Of a stretch of 64,000 nt of DNA, positions 14,502 to 64,000 are shown piece by piece (position 1 is the stretch's first letter; each line of letters opens with the position of its first letter). The notes beneath the pieces were generated by a model. The model did not search any database. It was not told where the DNA came from and was given only the letters and a program-made list of their open reading frames with translations. The DNA comes from Octopus vulgaris (taxonomy: Eukaryota), in the NCBI GenBank assembly GCA_951406725.2, contig OX597826.1, forward strand, positions 74,214,001-74,278,000, read 5' to 3'. Position numbers and translations under genes: made by a program.

Positions 14502-14865
14502 TCATGGTTGTGTAATAAACTAATGAAAAATTCATTATGACTCAAGCTGCCGATTCAAATAACAGAATTGAATGGCAACGGAGAGTCACAAGAGTCCATA
14601 CAACAGAGAGTCACAAGAATCCAAATAACAGAGAGTCACAAGAATCCATACAAGTCGTGCGATCGAATGATGATTGTATGCATATATGTTTGTATGCATG
14701 CATGCGTGTGTGTGTTCGTGCATGTGTGTGTGTGCACATGTGTGTGTGTGCACATGTGTGTGTAATCAAAATTATATAATTATAAGCATGTATATATAGA
14801 TATTTCCTTGTGTGCGTTTAACTATATGAATTTCAGTGTATATGTTGATACTTATTGATAAGTGT

Positions 14866-14906
<41 letters not shown>

Positions 14907-15189
14907 GCATGCAGCCACAGATATACATCACATTGGAAGAACAAAAAAATATTAATGAAGGGTTTTTCTGTGTTGTGCTTGTATTATGCTTTTGTTGTGG
15001 AGATGAGAGAACGTTGCCAAAATCTCTTGGCAGCTTGCCTCTCCACTGACAGAAAATAGAACGTTCAGTTGGACCCAACCTTTTCATGTTTATTCATTCA
15101 CTAACAACTTTTAAAAGCTCCTTTCAGCTATTTACACCTGTAATGATCAACAATGGTTATTTTTGTTTGTTTGTTTTCTTTTTCTTTAG

Positions 15190-60719
<45,530 letters not shown>

Positions 60720-60928
60720 GTAAGTAGTTCCAAAGTTTTATCATTTCCCATTCATATCCGGTTGTTAGAATTGTTAAAGACATTTTAGAAATTTTATGCC
60801 ACCCCACCAAACTTACCAACTCACACTTTTCGCTCTTCCATCCCTGTCCTTTCTATTACATTCAACCTCTACCTTGAAGGTGTGCTATCATCTCCTTCTT
60901 TCCTTCTTTCTTTCTTTCTTTCTTTTTT

Positions 60929-60959
<31 letters not shown>

Positions 60960-63900
60960 ATTTTCCTTCCTTCCTTCTTTCTTTCTTTCTTTCTTTTTTT
61001 CTTTCATTCTTTCCTTCCATCCTTCCTTCCTTCCTTCCTCCTTCTTTCCTTCCTTCCTTCCTTCCTTCCTGGGTATGTGTACCCAGAGTAAGGGAATTCT
61101 AGATCATCATCATCATCATCATCATCATCATTTAACGTCCGCTTTCCATGCTAGCATGGGTTGGACGGTTCAACTGGGGTCTGGGGAGCCCGAAGGCTGC
61201 ACCAGGCCAGTCAGATCTGGCAGTGTTTCTAGATATTTAATATTAAATAAGAAAACATAAGATAATGTTGGCTCAAGCTCCCTTGATAATAGATGGGCTC
61301 AGTTGGGGCTGGTCTGCGGCTAAATGGCAAAACTATCTTTCTGGCACTCTGTTGGTTACGATGACAAGGGTTCCAGCTGATCCAAGCCTGCTCATGAAAT
61401 TAGTGTGTAAGTGGCCGAGTACTCCACAGAAATGTGTACCCTTAATGTGGTTCACAGGAAGATTCAGCTTGATACAGAATGGCCCTTTGAATTACAGGTA
61501 CTACTCATTCATGCTAGCTGAGTGGACTGGAACAATGTGAAATAAAATGTCTTGCTTAAGGACACAATGCAATGCTGGGAATTGAACCCATAACCTTACG
61601 ATCATGAGCTGAATACTCCTAACCACTAAACCACGTACCTCCAACCACCCTTGTAGTTACTCTATAGAATACACCCTCACCCACCCTAGCCAACACCACC
61701 CATCTCCCAACAACACCCCATACTACCCAGCGCTCAAGTGATCTAACACCCAACACCATCCCAGTACCACCCTTACACCACCCTTACACCACCCTTACAC
61801 CACCCAATCTCAAGGGTACACATTGTTTGCCAGTTTGATGATACAGTGTCTTATCAATGCCAAGGGTGGGCGGCAGGAGAATAAAAAAATTTTTACTATC
61901 AACTGGGATTCAACCCAGTTTCTTAAGGGTTTTTTAATCTTCCGGTCCCTTCTTTCCAGATCAGTCAAAAATTATCCGGTGAAGCATTGACAGATTTATT
62001 CTGTTTACTCCCCAGTAATTTATTCTGTATGTTAGTCCTTCATCGTCAGATCCTGTGCAGACATTGGGGTTTCACTTTCACAACCTTTCCTTCTTTTTCT
62101 ACACTTTTTATCCTTTACTTTTTCTCATTTCCTTCTTTATCTGCATTCTTATTTTCACCTTTTCTCTTTTTCCCTTCCTGTCACTCTCTCTCTCTCTCTC
62201 CCTCTCCTTCTCCATGTCTCTATCTCAACACTTTTCTCTAAACCCCCACCCCAACACTGTCCCAGTACCCATAGCTCCACCTATTCAGTTTATCTGTATT
62301 TTCCATGCTCCACTGAAATCTATTAAAGCAAACCATTTGAAAGGTGAAGTGTGACAGTGAATGTGGATCAGCTCCAGTGAACTGCGACCATTTGGTGGAG
62401 AGTGTGTGGAGACAGGGACAGAGATAAGGGAAAGGTGTATGGTGTCTAACTGCCAAGTGTTGCCAACATTCCTGGCTGTCTAAACGTTTCAAGTCTGCCA
62501 ACACCAACAGAAACTTGTCCTTATCTCACAACTTTCTCACATCGCCACTATCTTAATCTAAATGTTTGAACATGCTAACCACCAGATGTCACTACCGCCT
62601 TGCAATTAACAATTTCATTGAATCAATATTTACTATTCCTAATCTAGCAACCTGTTTTCAATCCCAGCCGATGCATTTTGTTCACATCATTAACTTTCTT
62701 GGTAAAGGGTTGATCACCACAGCCTTGTATCCCCCCCCTTTTTTTTTCAAATCACAGACTTCAAGATTTGTATTGATTGTGACTCTTTTAGGAGAATGTT
62801 ATACAATGGCATTTTCTTACAAGACTTCACACTTTTTGAAGCATCCACAGAATATGAAAAATATTAACAAAATGTTTTCTCAACTAAAATTTCATAGAAT
62901 TTAATGTCAAAAGATCTTACTGAAAGAAGATGGTAAATATTCTAAACATATAAGCCAAACATGAACTCCACAGTTCAATGGAAAGAGTGTGGTACAGTTT
63001 TCTAATCTTTAGATAATCTCAAGAAAACAATTGAACAAGCAAATTTATATTACACAAACCAGTTTTCAGCACCAGAGGGCTTTTGTTCAAATTCAATTAT
63101 CTACAATCCAGAAATAATGTAGCTCAAGTCAAACAATTCATTCTCCCTCTCGGTTGGCCTATGGACTGGATTTAGCCCATGGCAAAGCTAAGTCCAGCCC
63201 CCAGCTCAATTTTATACTAAAAAATACTATTGTTTTTTTAAATTTCAAAATATTCTGTAAAATATATATTGCTAGCATGCATTCGGTGTTAGAGTCCAAC
63301 AATTGCTATGTTTAATACCTGTTCTGATTAATCAAATCATTGTATTTTAGGGAATTTAAATGATGTAACCTATTTCCCCTTCACCTTGTTTATACAAACT
63401 AAGTCAAACAAAAGTTTTTTTTTCAAATTTTCACACATGTAGAGTGTTGGGCCTCACAGAAGCAAAGTGGTTAAGTTACTTTCAAGTGTTGGGCTTCACG
63501 GAGGCAATGACTGAGACCTTTGTTATTATGTCATACTTGAGAAGACCCCTCAAGCCTAGTAAAATTGCAGTCATGGTGTCACGCAATTGGCACCCGTGCT
63601 GGTGGCATGTAAAAACACCCACTGCTCTCTCGGAGTGATTGGCGTTAGGAAAGGGCAACTAGTCATAGATGCAGCTTCGCAGATTACCAGCCATGGCCAA
63701 ACCACTCAACCCATGCCAGCATGAACAACAGATGTTAAATGATGATGATGATGATGTACATTGGAACAGATTCTACTGATATGAACAACATTGAAAGTTT
63801 TTGTAGCTGAAGCAAGGCAAACTTTCTATCAAACATTTGTCTTCTGAAGAACTGGATACATTCATGTCAACAATTTCTATCCTTGCTTTCACTCTGAAGA

Positions 63901-64000
63901 CTCTTACTGCTGCATAAAAGTTCTTAGAATGAGAACATGACTGTCTCTGTCGTCTGCAACATGCAGTTTATGCCTCATTCCATCTTGCAAAGCAAAATGA

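Noticed and set aside
63351-63420. Possible next anoctamin exon after tattttag
   Set aside because: Does not encode the expected G.W..IL TM9 start and closes quickly

Overview
Eukaryotic, AT-rich, microsatellite-dense genomic DNA. The SINE complement and repeat landscape suggest a coleoid cephalopod, most likely an octopus (inference, not verified). One protein-coding gene can be assembled by hand: a + strand anoctamin/TMEM16 gene with 15 phase-consistent GT-AG coding exons from 15190 to 60719 (about 700 codons, N-terminal domain through TM8; TM9-10 lie beyond the window), plus a candidate 21-nt microexon. It has unusual residues at the ion-selectivity position (His) and in the TM6/TM8 Ca2+ site. 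The rest is transposon-derived: a chimeric and a partial mariner, a Tigger/pogo fragment, CR1 3' ends, a Helitron end, several MITEs, and at least five SINE-like families. The most notable non-coding signal is a set of minimal hammerhead-ribozyme (HHR) motifs in Penelope-type inverted structures. These include a tRNA-headed, HHR-bearing short element with a 15-bp target-site duplication (TSD) at 19.7-20.1 kb. Almost all long ORFs in the supplied track are microsatellite artefacts. Repeat boundaries are approximate; exon boundaries were read base by base.
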